Shown in pieces: positions 21,739 through 29,433 of a stretch of 64,000 nucleotides of DNA. Source of the stretch: Hyphomonadaceae bacterium (GTDB lineage: Bacteria; Pseudomonadota; Alphaproteobacteria; Caulobacterales; Hyphomonadaceae). Numbering within the stretch: the stretch's first letter is position 1; every line of letters begins with the position of its first letter. A model generated the notes under the pieces. It was not told the DNA's origin. It worked only from the letters and a program-made list of their open reading frames with translations, and searched no databases. Location of the stretch: contig DAIRES010000002.1 of the NCBI GenBank assembly GCA_036795465.1, forward strand, positions 1,362 through 65,361. Direction: 5' to 3'. The translations under genes were made by a program, and so were the position numbers.

Positions 21739-22824
21739 ATGTCCCTCTTCCAGCCCCTCACCCTCGCCCACGGCCCCACCTGGAAGAACCGCTTCATGCT
21801 GGCGCCGCTCACCAACACGCAGAGCCACCCCGACGGCGTCCTCTCCGACGCCGAGTTCAACTGGCTCACGCTCAGGGCAAAAGGCGGCTTCGGCCTGACC
21901 ATGACGTGCGCCGCCCACGTGCAGGCTGTCGGACAGGGCTTCCCCGGCCAGCTGGGCGCCTTCGACGACAAGCACCTGCCCGGCCTCACGCGCCTGGCCA
22001 GCGCCCTCCGCACCAACGGCTCGGTCTCGTCCCTCCAGATCCACCACGCCGGCAACCGCTCGCCCAAGGAACTCGTCGGCACGCCCGTCTGCCCGTCCGA
22101 CGATCCCAAGACCGGCGCACGCGGCCTCACCCTCCCCGAGGTCGAAGCCGTCCGCGACGCCTACATCGCCGCGGCTGTCCGCGCCGAGAAGGCGGGTTTC
22201 GACGGAGTCGAGATCCACGGCGCCCACGGCTACATTCTCGCGCAGTTCCTCTCGTCCGAGATCAACCACCGCACCGACCAGTATGGCGGCTCGCTGGAGA
22301 ACCGCGCACGCCTGATCCTCGAAATCATCGACGGCATCCGCGCCGCCACGAAGCCCGGCTTCCAGCTCGGCTTGCGCCTCTCGCCCGAACGCTTCGGCCT
22401 GAAGCTCGCGGAGATCCGCGATGTCGCCGCCGAAATCCTTCGCGGCCAGAAGATCGACTTCCTCGACATGTCCCTGTGGGACTTCGCCAAGGAGCCCAAC
22501 GAAGAAGAGTTCAAGGGCCGCACGCTGATGAGCGTCTTCACCGAACTCCCGCGCGGTCAGACCCGCCTCGGCGCCGCCGGCAAGGTGATGACCGGCCCGC
22601 AGGCCCAGTCCGTTCTCGACGCCGGTTGCGACTTCGTCGTCATCGGCCGCGCCGCCATCCTGCGGCATGACTTCGTCGAGCGTGTGAAGGCAGACCCGGC
22701 CTACGCCTCGCCAGCAACGCCCGTCAGCATCGAGCACCTTACCAACGAAGGCCTCTCCCCCGCCTTCGTCCAGTACATGCGCCAATGGCCCGGCTTCGTC
22801 GAAGCTGAACAGCCCGCCGCTTAA
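21739..22824 (+). CDS. NADH:flavin oxidoreductase (Old Yellow Enzyme family)
   Basis: 361 aa. LAPLTNTQS, SLQIHHAGNRS, GFDGVEIHGAHGYILAQFLSSEINHRTDQYGGSLENR. Confidence 0.85.
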   Translation: MSLFQPLTLAHGPTWKNRFMLAPLTNTQSHPDGVLSDAEFNWLTLRAKGGFGLTMTCAAHVQAVGQGFPGQLGAFDDKHLPGLTRLASALRTNGSVSSLQIHHAGNRSPKELVGTPVCPSDDPKTGARGLTLPEVEAVRDAYIAAAVRAEKAGFDGVEIHGAHGYILAQFLSSEINHRTDQYGGSLENRARLILEIIDGIRAATKPGFQLGLRLSPERFGLKLAEIRDVAAEILRGQKIDFLDMSLWDFAKEPNEEEFKGRTLMSVFTELPRGQTRLGAAGKVMTGPQAQSVLDAGCDFVVIGRAAILRHDFVERVKADPAYASPATPVSIEHLTNEGLSPAFVQYMRQWPGFVEAEQPAA

Positions 22825-22875
22825 GTCCTTCCTCGCCGCAGGCGGGAAAGGCGGATCGCCAACCCCAAAACGCAA

Positions 22876-22904
22876 CCGGCCGGATCCTTGGGGGATCCGG
22901 CCGG
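22876..22904. terminator. hairpin between convergent genes
   Basis: CCGGCCGGATCC-ttggg-GGATCCGGCCGG, a 12-bp perfect stem between the OYE stop (22824) and the 656-aa gene stop (22968). Weak U-tract (CGCTTT). Confidence 0.5.
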
Positions 22905-22967
22905 CGCTTTAGTCAGACTGCAAGTTCGAAGGGCCTATTCGCGGCGGCCTTCGGACTCGCGGAAGCG

Positions 22968-24938
22968 CTATTCCATCATCTTCTTCAGAGCCACGCCGGC
23001 TTCCTGGAAGGAAAGCGCGCCGCTCTTGTCCGTGTCGATCGCAGCGAAGTTGGCTTTGACCGGCTGGAACATCGGGCTCTTCATCTCGGCTTCCTGCAGC
23101 ATGCCATCGCGGTTGTCGTCGGCCGCGGTCAGCATCCGCGAAGCCTGGAGCTGCTGCTGCAGGTCTTCACGCGGGTTCTTCGCCGTCTCGTCTTTCCAGC
23201 GGTACTGGACGCTCGTGAACAGCATCTCTTCGAACGACTGGTCACCCCAGACAACTTCCTGATCCGGGTTCGTCCGGGTCTTGGTGTTGTCGCCGTAGAG
23301 CGCCTTGTTGTTCTTCGAGTTGTCGTACCAGTAATCGGCGACGAGTTTCGTGCCGGCCGGCAGTTCGATCAGGTCCTTGTAGATGTACTCGCGCTGCCAG
23401 TTGAAGTCGTAGTGCGGCATGTTGAGGATCACTTCCTCTTTGCCGTCCGGATAGATCGCGGTCAGCTTCGAGGCGTAGCCACGATAGTGCGCGTGCACGA
23501 GCGAGGCAGTGATCTGAACGTCGGCCGGGAACTGCACATAGGCAGTCTCATGCCAGCGAGCCTGGTTCGGCTGAATGGTGATCGACGGATCGACGATCAC
23601 GATCTGACGCTTCACCAGTTCCGGATCATCCTTCGAGAAGTAGAAGGCGATCTTCGAATTGTCGGTGAAGGCCTTGCCGATCGGCGTGTAGTGCATCTGG
23701 AAGGAGATGGCGCCGCCAGCCGGGATCCACGTCGCCCACTTGTCGGGAGCGAGGTTCGATTCCGACCCGACAGCGTAACCGCCCATCGAGATATTCCAGT
23801 CGAAGCCGCGGCCGTTGGCCGGCATCTTCGGCAGCCAGCCAGCCAGGATGTGGTGCACGCCCTGACGGTTGCCGGCCTTGAAGGTGGTCGCCTTCAGCCA
23901 TTTGCCTTCCGTCAGCGGGCTCGCAACCGCCGGGATCTGATAATCGACAACGCCGGCAGCCGGCACGTCATACGACGGGATGTCGACGACGAGGTCGGGC
24001 TTGCCCAGCGGCCATTCTTCACGGCCGGCAGCAGCCTTCGTCAGCGGGTCGGCAGCAGCGTCAGCCAGGTCGCTCGGAGCGCCGGCATCGATCCAGCCGA
24101 TCAGGGTTTTGATTTCCTTCTCGGTCAGGTTCTCGTTGTTCTGGAACGCGCGATAGTGGCTGTCAGCGTCGAACGGCGGCATGCGGTCCGTGCGGATCGC
24201 TTCGCGGATCATCGGCGCGAAGTTCTTCACCTGCTGATAGCTGTTCCAGTACAGCATCTGCGGCGCGACGCCGTTCGGCTGGTGGCACTCGACGCACTTG
24301 GCCTGGAAGATCGGCGCGACGTCGTTGGTGTAGGAGACTTTCGAGTAGGCCGAGTTGTCGGCATACGCGATCTTCGTGCCCTTCACCGGCAGTTCGGCGT
24401 TGGTGATCGGCTTGCCGGCGACGAACTCGGTCACAGCGGCTTCAGCCGACTCGACCGGGCCATGATAAACCACTTTCCAGTCCTTCGGGCTCACCACCAC
24501 GGTCTCGCCCGTGTAGGTGAAGCCGACCGACTTGCCGCTGGCGTCCTTGCCGAGCGAAGCGCCGATGAGCTGGAATTCGTCGTTCAGGATCGGCAGGGTG
24601 ATGCCCTGCTCCTTGGCTTCCGCCTCGATCATGGCGCGCGTGTCGGCCGTGTTCGAGTTGATGAGCTGGATGACCAGCTCCGGATTTTTCTCTTTCAGCG
24701 CCATCAGCGCCTTGGCGGTCGCGCGCGACGTCTCATCGCCGTTCACATACGACGCCAGCACGACGGCCGGGGTATGCGTGTCATAGCGAAGGATGTGGCC
24801 CATGCCCGACCCATCGGCCAGCATGTAGTTGTCGACCGTATTGCCCACCAGCTTGGCAGCCGGCGCCTCGTTCGAGCATGCTGCCAGGCCGAGCACAGAA
24901 ACGCTCGCCAGCAGGACAGCTGACGCGATCCTCTTCAT
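22968..24938 (-). CDS. multidomain lipoprotein: thioredoxin-like + heme-c (CxxCH) + PHM/DBH-like copper monooxygenase + two EF-hands
   Basis: 656 aa. Lipobox LGLAAC. CVECH at aa 215-219 followed by DRMPP..LIGWIDAGAP (planctomycete-type cytochrome c pattern). His/Met pattern HH(362-363), H416, HxH(482/484), M572 (EEMLF..Y). EF-hand loops DDNRDGMLQEAE and DTDKSGALSFQE. Confidence 0.8.
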   Translation of the reverse strand: MKRIASAVLLASVSVLGLAACSNEAPAAKLVGNTVDNYMLADGSGMGHILRYDTHTPAVVLASYVNGDETSRATAKALMALKEKNPELVIQLINSNTADTRAMIEAEAKEQGITLPILNDEFQLIGASLGKDASGKSVGFTYTGETVVVSPKDWKVVYHGPVESAEAAVTEFVAGKPITNAELPVKGTKIAYADNSAYSKVSYTNDVAPIFQAKCVECHQPNGVAPQMLYWNSYQQVKNFAPMIREAIRTDRMPPFDADSHYRAFQNNENLTEKEIKTLIGWIDAGAPSDLADAAADPLTKAAAGREEWPLGKPDLVVDIPSYDVPAAGVVDYQIPAVASPLTEGKWLKATTFKAGNRQGVHHILAGWLPKMPANGRGFDWNISMGGYAVGSESNLAPDKWATWIPAGGAISFQMHYTPIGKAFTDNSKIAFYFSKDDPELVKRQIVIVDPSITIQPNQARWHETAYVQFPADVQITASLVHAHYRGYASKLTAIYPDGKEEVILNMPHYDFNWQREYIYKDLIELPAGTKLVADYWYDNSKNNKALYGDNTKTRTNPDQEVVWGDQSFEEMLFTSVQYRWKDETAKNPREDLQQQLQASRMLTAADDNRDGMLQEAEMKSPMFQPVKANFAAIDTDKSGALSFQEAGVALKKMME

Positions 24939-24997
24939 GGACGGTAACTCCCTGGGTTTTATTTTTGTCCGATTCCAGCGCGGAACCTACTCGCAAT

Positions 24998-25099
24998 TGA
25001 CACTGTCAACAACGAGGCGCCGCTGGGGCAGAACATAAATATATCGAGTGACACTGTCAACAACGAGGCGCCGCTGGGGCAGAACATAAATATATCGAG
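24998..25099. repeat. perfect 51-bp tandem duplication (2.0 copies)
   Basis: Unit TGACACTGTCAACAACGAGGCGCCGCTGGGGCAGAACATAAATATATCGAG occurs at 24998-25048 and again, identical, at 25049-25099. It lies in the intergenic region 60-160 nt upstream of the 656-aa gene start. Confidence 0.95.
25032..25060 (-). promoter_or_regulatory. candidate sigma-70-type promoter formed at the repeat junction
   Basis: On the minus strand: TTGACA (25060-25055), 17 nt, TATGTT (25037-25032). The -35 lies in unit 2 and the -10 in unit 1. E. coli-type consensus was used, and the alphaproteobacterial -10 differs. Confidence 0.25.
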
Positions 25100-25164
25100 A
25101 GAAGCGCCCACCGGCCGCTCAGTTTGTTCGTGAGCATTCTGTCGGAGCGACGGACAAGCGAGGC

Positions 25165-26232
25165 CTAGGCGGCCACCTGCGAAGGATTCGCAGGCGCCCG
25201 CGCCGTCCGCAACAGCCGCCAGACCTCGACCCCGATCGTCACCACCCAGATCAGCGCCGCCACCCCCAGCGAAACGTTCACGATCCCCCACACCATCCGC
25301 ACAACCCGGGCGATCTCATCCAGATCGGCGCCATCCACCGGCGTCACCTCGATCAGCGGCTGCGACTGGTACAACACCCACAATATGCCCAGCCCGGCCA
25401 GATGCCCCGCAATGCTGACCACAGACCGCACCCTGCTCCACGCCGGATGCAGAATGTCAGCGAGGTGAACCACCGTCACACCGACCGCCAGCACCAGTAT
25501 CGGCCAGTAAACCACATCCCACGCCGGCGAGAACGCCAGCGCCGCCGAGGCGCCATCCCGCACCGGAATCTCGTTCGGGAACTGCACGACCTTCACCCAG
25601 AACAGCAGGAAGACGATGTCGAACACCAACGTGAACGCGCTCTCGAACAGCGTCCGCGGCTGGCGCACATTATCCCGCGGCAGAGACTTCGGGTCCCACT
25701 TCGCCGCCCACTTCATGTCCAGCTTGCCGCGCTCCGCCGCGATGAACAGCGCGGTCACCACGCCGAACGTCACCAGCGCAATCTCCAGCGCGCTCCCGAT
25801 GCCGCGAAACGCTGCCCTGAAAGGCTCTTCCGAACCCAGCGCCCGTATCGTCACGATGCCGAACCCGATCGCGATCGCGAGGCCCACAGCGATCCGCTGC
25901 ACATGCCAGAACCACGGATAATAGCCCGGCCCGATCAGGTGATCGTTCCCGGAATAGCGCGACGCCACCACCACCGGATGCCCGAAATCCTTCAGCACAG
26001 CCGCGATCTCGTCATCCCCAGCGGCGCGCCCCAGCTCCGCCTCCTTCGCCTCGACCCGGGAGTCGATGGCCTCGCGAAGCTCGGCGATGATGTCCTTCGC
26101 CGCATCGTCCGGCAGCCGCCGCTCCACCGCCGCGAGATAGCGCGCGATCATGTCCTTCACTTTCCGCTCTCCATCGTCCGGCGCATTCATGTCGTGAAAT
26201 TTCAGGTGAGCCTCGACCAGGTGATCGGTCAT
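25165..26232 (-). CDS. membrane protein with N-terminal DUF1700/HAAS-like helical domain (PadR-associated)
   Basis: 355 aa. N-terminus (IARYLAAVERRLPDDAAKDIIAELREAIDSRVE..DEIAAVLKDFGHPVVVASRY) followed by about 6 TM helices. The start overlaps the padR stop by 4 nt. Confidence 0.75.
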   Translation of the reverse strand: MTDHLVEAHLKFHDMNAPDDGERKVKDMIARYLAAVERRLPDDAAKDIIAELREAIDSRVEAKEAELGRAAGDDEIAAVLKDFGHPVVVASRYSGNDHLIGPGYYPWFWHVQRIAVGLAIAIGFGIVTIRALGSEEPFRAAFRGIGSALEIALVTFGVVTALFIAAERGKLDMKWAAKWDPKSLPRDNVRQPRTLFESAFTLVFDIVFLLFWVKVVQFPNEIPVRDGASAALAFSPAWDVVYWPILVLAVGVTVVHLADILHPAWSRVRSVVSIAGHLAGLGILWVLYQSQPLIEVTPVDGADLDEIARVVRMVWGIVNVSLGVAALIWVVTIGVEVWRLLRTARAPANPSQVAA

Positions 26233-26600
26233 TGCCGTCCCTCCTTCAGGCCAGCCGCCGCTGGCGGTCCGCCAAGAATCCGCTCAAGCGCGCGGTTCAT
26301 CCCGCGCCATTCCTGTGTGAGATGTTCAAGCGCCGCCGCGCCATCGGCCGAGAGGCGGTAGAACCGCTTCTGCCGCTTGGCGTCCTCGCGCCATTCGGAG
26401 GTCAGCAGACCCTGCGCCTCCAGCCGCCGCAGCATGGGATAGAGAGCGCCCTCGTCGATATCGACGCCGGCCTCTCCCAATTCGGTCTTCAGCGTGTAGC
26501 CATATTTCTCGGAACGCAGTGTTCCGAGAACCGCAAGGATCAACGAACCCCGCCTCAGCTCCAGCCGCAAAGCCTCAATAATGTCGGGTCCGATCGGCAT
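26229..26600 (-). CDS. PadR-family transcriptional regulator
   Basis: LRRGSLILAVLGTLRSEKYGYTLKTEL..EGALYPMLRRLEAQGLLTSEW..KRFYRLSADG. I prefer ATG 26600 over the GTG 26642 given in the ORF track because a palindrome covers 26610-26634. Confidence 0.85.
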   Translation of the reverse strand: MPIGPDIIEALRLELRRGSLILAVLGTLRSEKYGYTLKTELGEAGVDIDEGALYPMLRRLEAQGLLTSEWREDAKRQKRFYRLSADGAAALEHLTQEWRGMNRALERILGGPPAAAGLKEGRQ

Positions 26601-26609
26601 CCCATGTCC

Positions 26610-26634
26610 CATACAGTGTGCGTCGCACAGTATG
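26610..26634. promoter_or_regulatory. imperfect palindrome upstream of padR (candidate operator)
   Basis: CATAC(AG)TGTGCG-T-CGCACAGTATG: 11 paired positions with one 2-nt bulge, 10 nt upstream of the preferred padR ATG. Confidence 0.3.
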
Positions 26635-26693
26635 TAGCGCACAGCGGAGAGCCACGCAACCGGAATCAGCGCTCAAAGCTGCCGGGCGCCTGC

Positions 26694-27077
26694 CTAGCCG
26701 ACCACAAACCTGATCGGCAGCGTCACCCGCGCTCCGGGCGTCACGCCGTAGCTGTTGTCTTTCCTGATCGCGAAAATCTTGGACACGCGGATCGCAGCCT
26801 CGCTGAATCCATATCCGGGCTGCTCTTCCCATCCCGGCTCGCACGCGAACGTCCAGTCAGCCAGCACGACACACGGCAGCTTCACCAGCGACTCGATCCC
26901 CGCATCCAGCGCCGCTTCCGGATAGACTTTCATCATGTCGCTGAAGGATGGGGTCCGCTCGGCCCATGCAGGCGCCAGAATGTCGTCCGGCTCACGCGGC
27001 AACGCCACATGGTCCGGCTCCATCATCTCGCAGGCGCCCAGCACCATGAACACTGCAATCAACCCGGCAATCCGCAT
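26694..27077 (-). CDS. lipoprotein with TonB C-terminal-like domain
   Basis: ATG 27077 with AGGAGA upstream. MRIAGLIAVFMVLGAC lipobox. YPEAALDAGIE..C.V....W...C......PGYGF.EAA......F........G..V.LPIRF resembles the TonB_C fold signature. Confidence 0.55.
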   Translation of the reverse strand: MRIAGLIAVFMVLGACEMMEPDHVALPREPDDILAPAWAERTPSFSDMMKVYPEAALDAGIESLVKLPCVVLADWTFACEPGWEEQPGYGFSEAAIRVSKIFAIRKDNSYGVTPGARVTLPIRFVVG

Positions 27078-27146
27078 GTGTCTCTCCTGAACTCCCACTA
27101 GACTGCCCCACCTCCGGAAAAAAGAGCGCCCCCTCTCTCCCGCTCA

Positions 27147-27164
27147 TCCCGGCGAAAGCCGGGA
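27147..27164. repeat. REP-like hairpin
   Basis: TCCCGGC-gaaa-GCCGGGA within a 225-bp hairpin-rich intergenic region. Further hairpins there: CCGCTG-caaca-CAGCGG and CCCCC..GGGGG. Confidence 0.4.
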
Positions 27165-27322
27165 CTCAGAGCCACAAGCGCCAGATCCCGCAGGTCTCGG
27201 CCCAAAGAACCGGTGGCCTGAAATTTCCCAACCGCTGCAACACAGCGGCCCCCGCACTTTCTGCTGGGGGACAACCTGAAACACCAACCCACACCCCACC
27301 TGACTGCGCCCATATTCAACGC

Positions 27323-28027
27323 ATGTTCGAGCTGCAGCAGATCATCCTCTGGATTCTCTGGCGCCTCCGCCCCGTCATGGCGGTGGAGGCGAATCTCGTC
27401 GACATCATCGCCGCCGGCTTCCGCCTCTTCGACAACGACGAAGCCATCAGCAGGATGGAAGACGACCCCAACCAATGCCTGATCGTCTCCGCGGGCCTCG
27501 CTGACGCACACGCCAAGCTCGACCTCCTGATCTATCTGAGAGCCTGCGAGATCCTAGGCATCCGCTCCCGCGCGAAGGACTTCACACCCAACCGCACCGC
27601 CAGCCGCTCAGGCCGCACGCCCCAAGCCTGCTGGACCAGCTTCCGCCGCCTCGTCACGCGCTTCGAAGACTACGAACGCCTCGCGCAGAAACGCGCCGAA
27701 GGCCTGCGCGCGGAGCAGAGCCCCCTCCGTCTTGCAGCTACGCTGCAATCCACCTCCCCCGCGTTTCATGCGGTGGAGGCAAACCACCATTGCCTTGCCT
27801 CCCTCAGTGCGCAGCACTGGGGGAGGTGGATTGCGCGCCCTTGCGCGCAAGACGGAGGGGGCCTCTTCGCGCAACCGCGCGGCCCTCCTCCACCTCACTA
27901 TCCAGAGCCAGAACCCTCCCCACCCCGAAAGCCCAGCTTCCGGGAATGCCTCCGTATGACCAACACGACGATAGAGCCTTGCGCGACACCTGTTATGGTC
28001 CGCCCGAATCGAAAGGCCCCGCCATGA
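27323..28027 (+). CDS. hypothetical protein; 3' third runs through a palindromic repeat element
   Basis: 234-aa ORF. The first ~130 codons have strong GC3 bias, and there is no motif I recognise. From 27721 on, the frame is made of the nested palindrome and Pro-rich low-complexity sequence. The stop overlaps the pyk ATG (ATGA). Confidence 0.35.
   Translation: MFELQQIILWILWRLRPVMAVEANLVDIIAAGFRLFDNDEAISRMEDDPNQCLIVSAGLADAHAKLDLLIYLRACEILGIRSRAKDFTPNRTASRSGRTPQACWTSFRRLVTRFEDYERLAQKRAEGLRAEQSPLRLAATLQSTSPAFHAVEANHHCLASLSAQHWGRWIARPCAQDGGGLFAQPRGPPPPHYPEPEPSPPRKPSFRECLRMTNTTIEPCATPVMVRPNRKAPP
27721..27861. repeat. 141-bp nested palindromic element
   Basis: Stem 1: 27721-27735 CCCCCTCCGTCTTGC pairs with 27847-27861 GCAAGACGGAGGGGG. 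Stem 2: 27745-27760 GCAATCCACCTCCCCC pairs with 27819-27834 GGGGGAGGTGGATTGC. Stem 3: 27775-27782 GGAGGCAA pairs with 27795-27802 TTGCCTCC. Side hairpins: GCAGC-tac-GCTGC and GCGCGC-cctt-GCGCGC. Confidence 0.85.
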
Positions 28028-29433
28028 CGCCGTCCATCCGTCGCCGCACCAAGATCCTCGCCACACTCGGCCCTGCCAGCGATGGGGCGCTCAAGATGGA
28101 AGAACTGCTCCGCGCCGGGGTCGACCTCTTCCGGGTCAACTTCTCCCACGGCACGCACGAACAGCACGCAGCCCGCATCGCCGCCGCCCGCGAGGCGGAG
28201 AAAGCTCACGGCCACCCAGTCGCAATCCTCGCCGATCTCCAGGGTCCCAAGCTCCGCGTCGGCGATATCGGCGGCGGCCAGTGCGACGTCCGCATGTCGT
28301 CCGAGCTTCGCCTCATCGCCGCCCAGACTTCGAATGATCCCGACATCATCCCGATCCCGCACCCGGAACTTGTCGCCTCGCTCCAGCTCGGCGACCGCCT
28401 GCTGATCGACGACGGCAAGATGATGCTGGTCATCGTGAAGGTCGACGGCGCAGACCGCATCGCCCGCCCGATCGCCCCCGGCCGCATCATGAGCCGGAAA
28501 GGCATCGCCGTTCCCAACCGCCCGATCCCGATCCCGGCCCTCACCGAGAAGGACCTTGCAGACGGCAAGTTCGCGCTCTCCCAGGGCGTCGACTACCTCG
28601 CTCTCTCCTTCGTGCAGCGCGCCGCAGACCTCACCATGGCCCGCGAAGTCTTCGGCGATCACGTGCCACTCGTAGCCAAGATCGAAAAGCCCGCCGCCCT
28701 CGATGAGCTCGAAGACATCGTCGCGCTGTCTGACGCCGTAATGGTCGCGCGCGGCGATCTCGGCGTCGAACTCTCGCCCGAGCAGGTGCCGATCGCCCAG
28801 CGCCGCATCGTCCGCGTCGCGCGTTCGCACGGCAAGCCGGTGATCGTTGCAACGCACATGCTGGAATCTATGGTCGAAGCCCTCGTCCCCACCCGCGCCG
28901 AAGCCAACGACGTCGCCACCGCCGTCTATCAGGGCGCAGACGCCGTCATGCTCTCAGCCGAAAGCGCCGTCGGCCGCCACCCCACCGCCGCCGTCGCCAT
29001 AATGGACCGCATCATCCGCGCCATCGAAACAGATCGCGACGCAAACCCGTCAACGCAGGCCGCCCCGAATCCCGCGCACGTCACCACGGCGGACGCCTGC
29101 GCGCGCGCCGCGTCCAACCTTGCCGACGATCTCGATTGCCCGCTTGTCGTCTTCACGCGCTCGGGCTCATCGGCCCAGCGCGTCTCCGCCACGCGCCCGA
29201 AGCAACCGATCCACGCCCTCACGCCAAGCCTGCCCACCGCACGCAAGCTCTCACTCGTCTGGGGCGTCAACGCCGATCTCGAACCGGAAGAACCCAAGAG
29301 CTTCGACGACATCCTCGCCTCCGTGAACCGCCACGAAGCCGCCAGCAACATCAAGCGCTTCGTCATCACCGCCGGCTATCCGTACGCCAGCGACAACTCG
29401 ACAGACACGATCAAGGTGGTTGAACGGAAATGA
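28024..29433 (+). CDS. pyk: pyruvate kinase
   Basis: I chose ATG 28024 (MTPSIRRRTKILATLGPAS). FRVNFSHG, MVARGDLGVE and the C-terminal domain are present. The upstream ORF extension covers the repeat element. Confidence 0.9.
   Translation: MTPSIRRRTKILATLGPASDGALKMEELLRAGVDLFRVNFSHGTHEQHAARIAAAREAEKAHGHPVAILADLQGPKLRVGDIGGGQCDVRMSSELRLIAAQTSNDPDIIPIPHPELVASLQLGDRLLIDDGKMMLVIVKVDGADRIARPIAPGRIMSRKGIAVPNRPIPIPALTEKDLADGKFALSQGVDYLALSFVQRAADLTMAREVFGDHVPLVAKIEKPAALDELEDIVALSDAVMVARGDLGVELSPEQVPIAQRRIVRVARSHGKPVIVATHMLESMVEALVPTRAEANDVATAVYQGADAVMLSAESAVGRHPTAAVAIMDRIIRAIETDRDANPSTQAAPNPAHVTTADACARAASNLADDLDCPLVVFTRSGSSAQRVSATRPKQPIHALTPSLPTARKLSLVWGVNADLEPEEPKSFDDILASVNRHEAASNIKRFVITAGYPYASDNSTDTIKVVERK

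Noticed and set aside
24998-25099. Possible CRISPR array or XerCD dif site in the 51-bp repeats
   Set aside because: There are only two copies, directly abutting with no spacer, so this is not a CRISPR array. The AT-rich part (TTATGTT.. on the reverse strand) matches only half of a XerD arm, and the CATAA arm 6 nt away is missing, so it is not a dif site.
24959-25291. 110-aa ORF containing the peptide repeat SLDIFMFCPSGASLLTV twice
   Set aside because: The peptide repeat is simply the 51-bp DNA tandem duplication read in frame. The ORF spans an intergenic region, overlaps the 3' end of the upstream gene, and has no ribosome-binding site.
26624-26630. Shared CTGTGCG/CGCACAG heptamer in the padR palindrome, the Crp-gene palindrome (29897-29914) and the Crp-kinase spacer (30827-30833) as evidence of one common regulator
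   Set aside because: A given 7-mer is expected several times by chance in 64 kb counted on both strands. I did not count occurrences inside coding regions. The half-site spacings also differ (1 nt against 4 nt). This is insufficient to claim a common regulon.
27790-28023. 78-codon N-terminal extension of pyruvate kinase
   Set aside because: It starts at a TTG inside the nested palindromic element and encodes low-complexity sequence. Canonical pyruvate kinase N-termini begin at the MTPSIRRRTKILATLGP equivalent.
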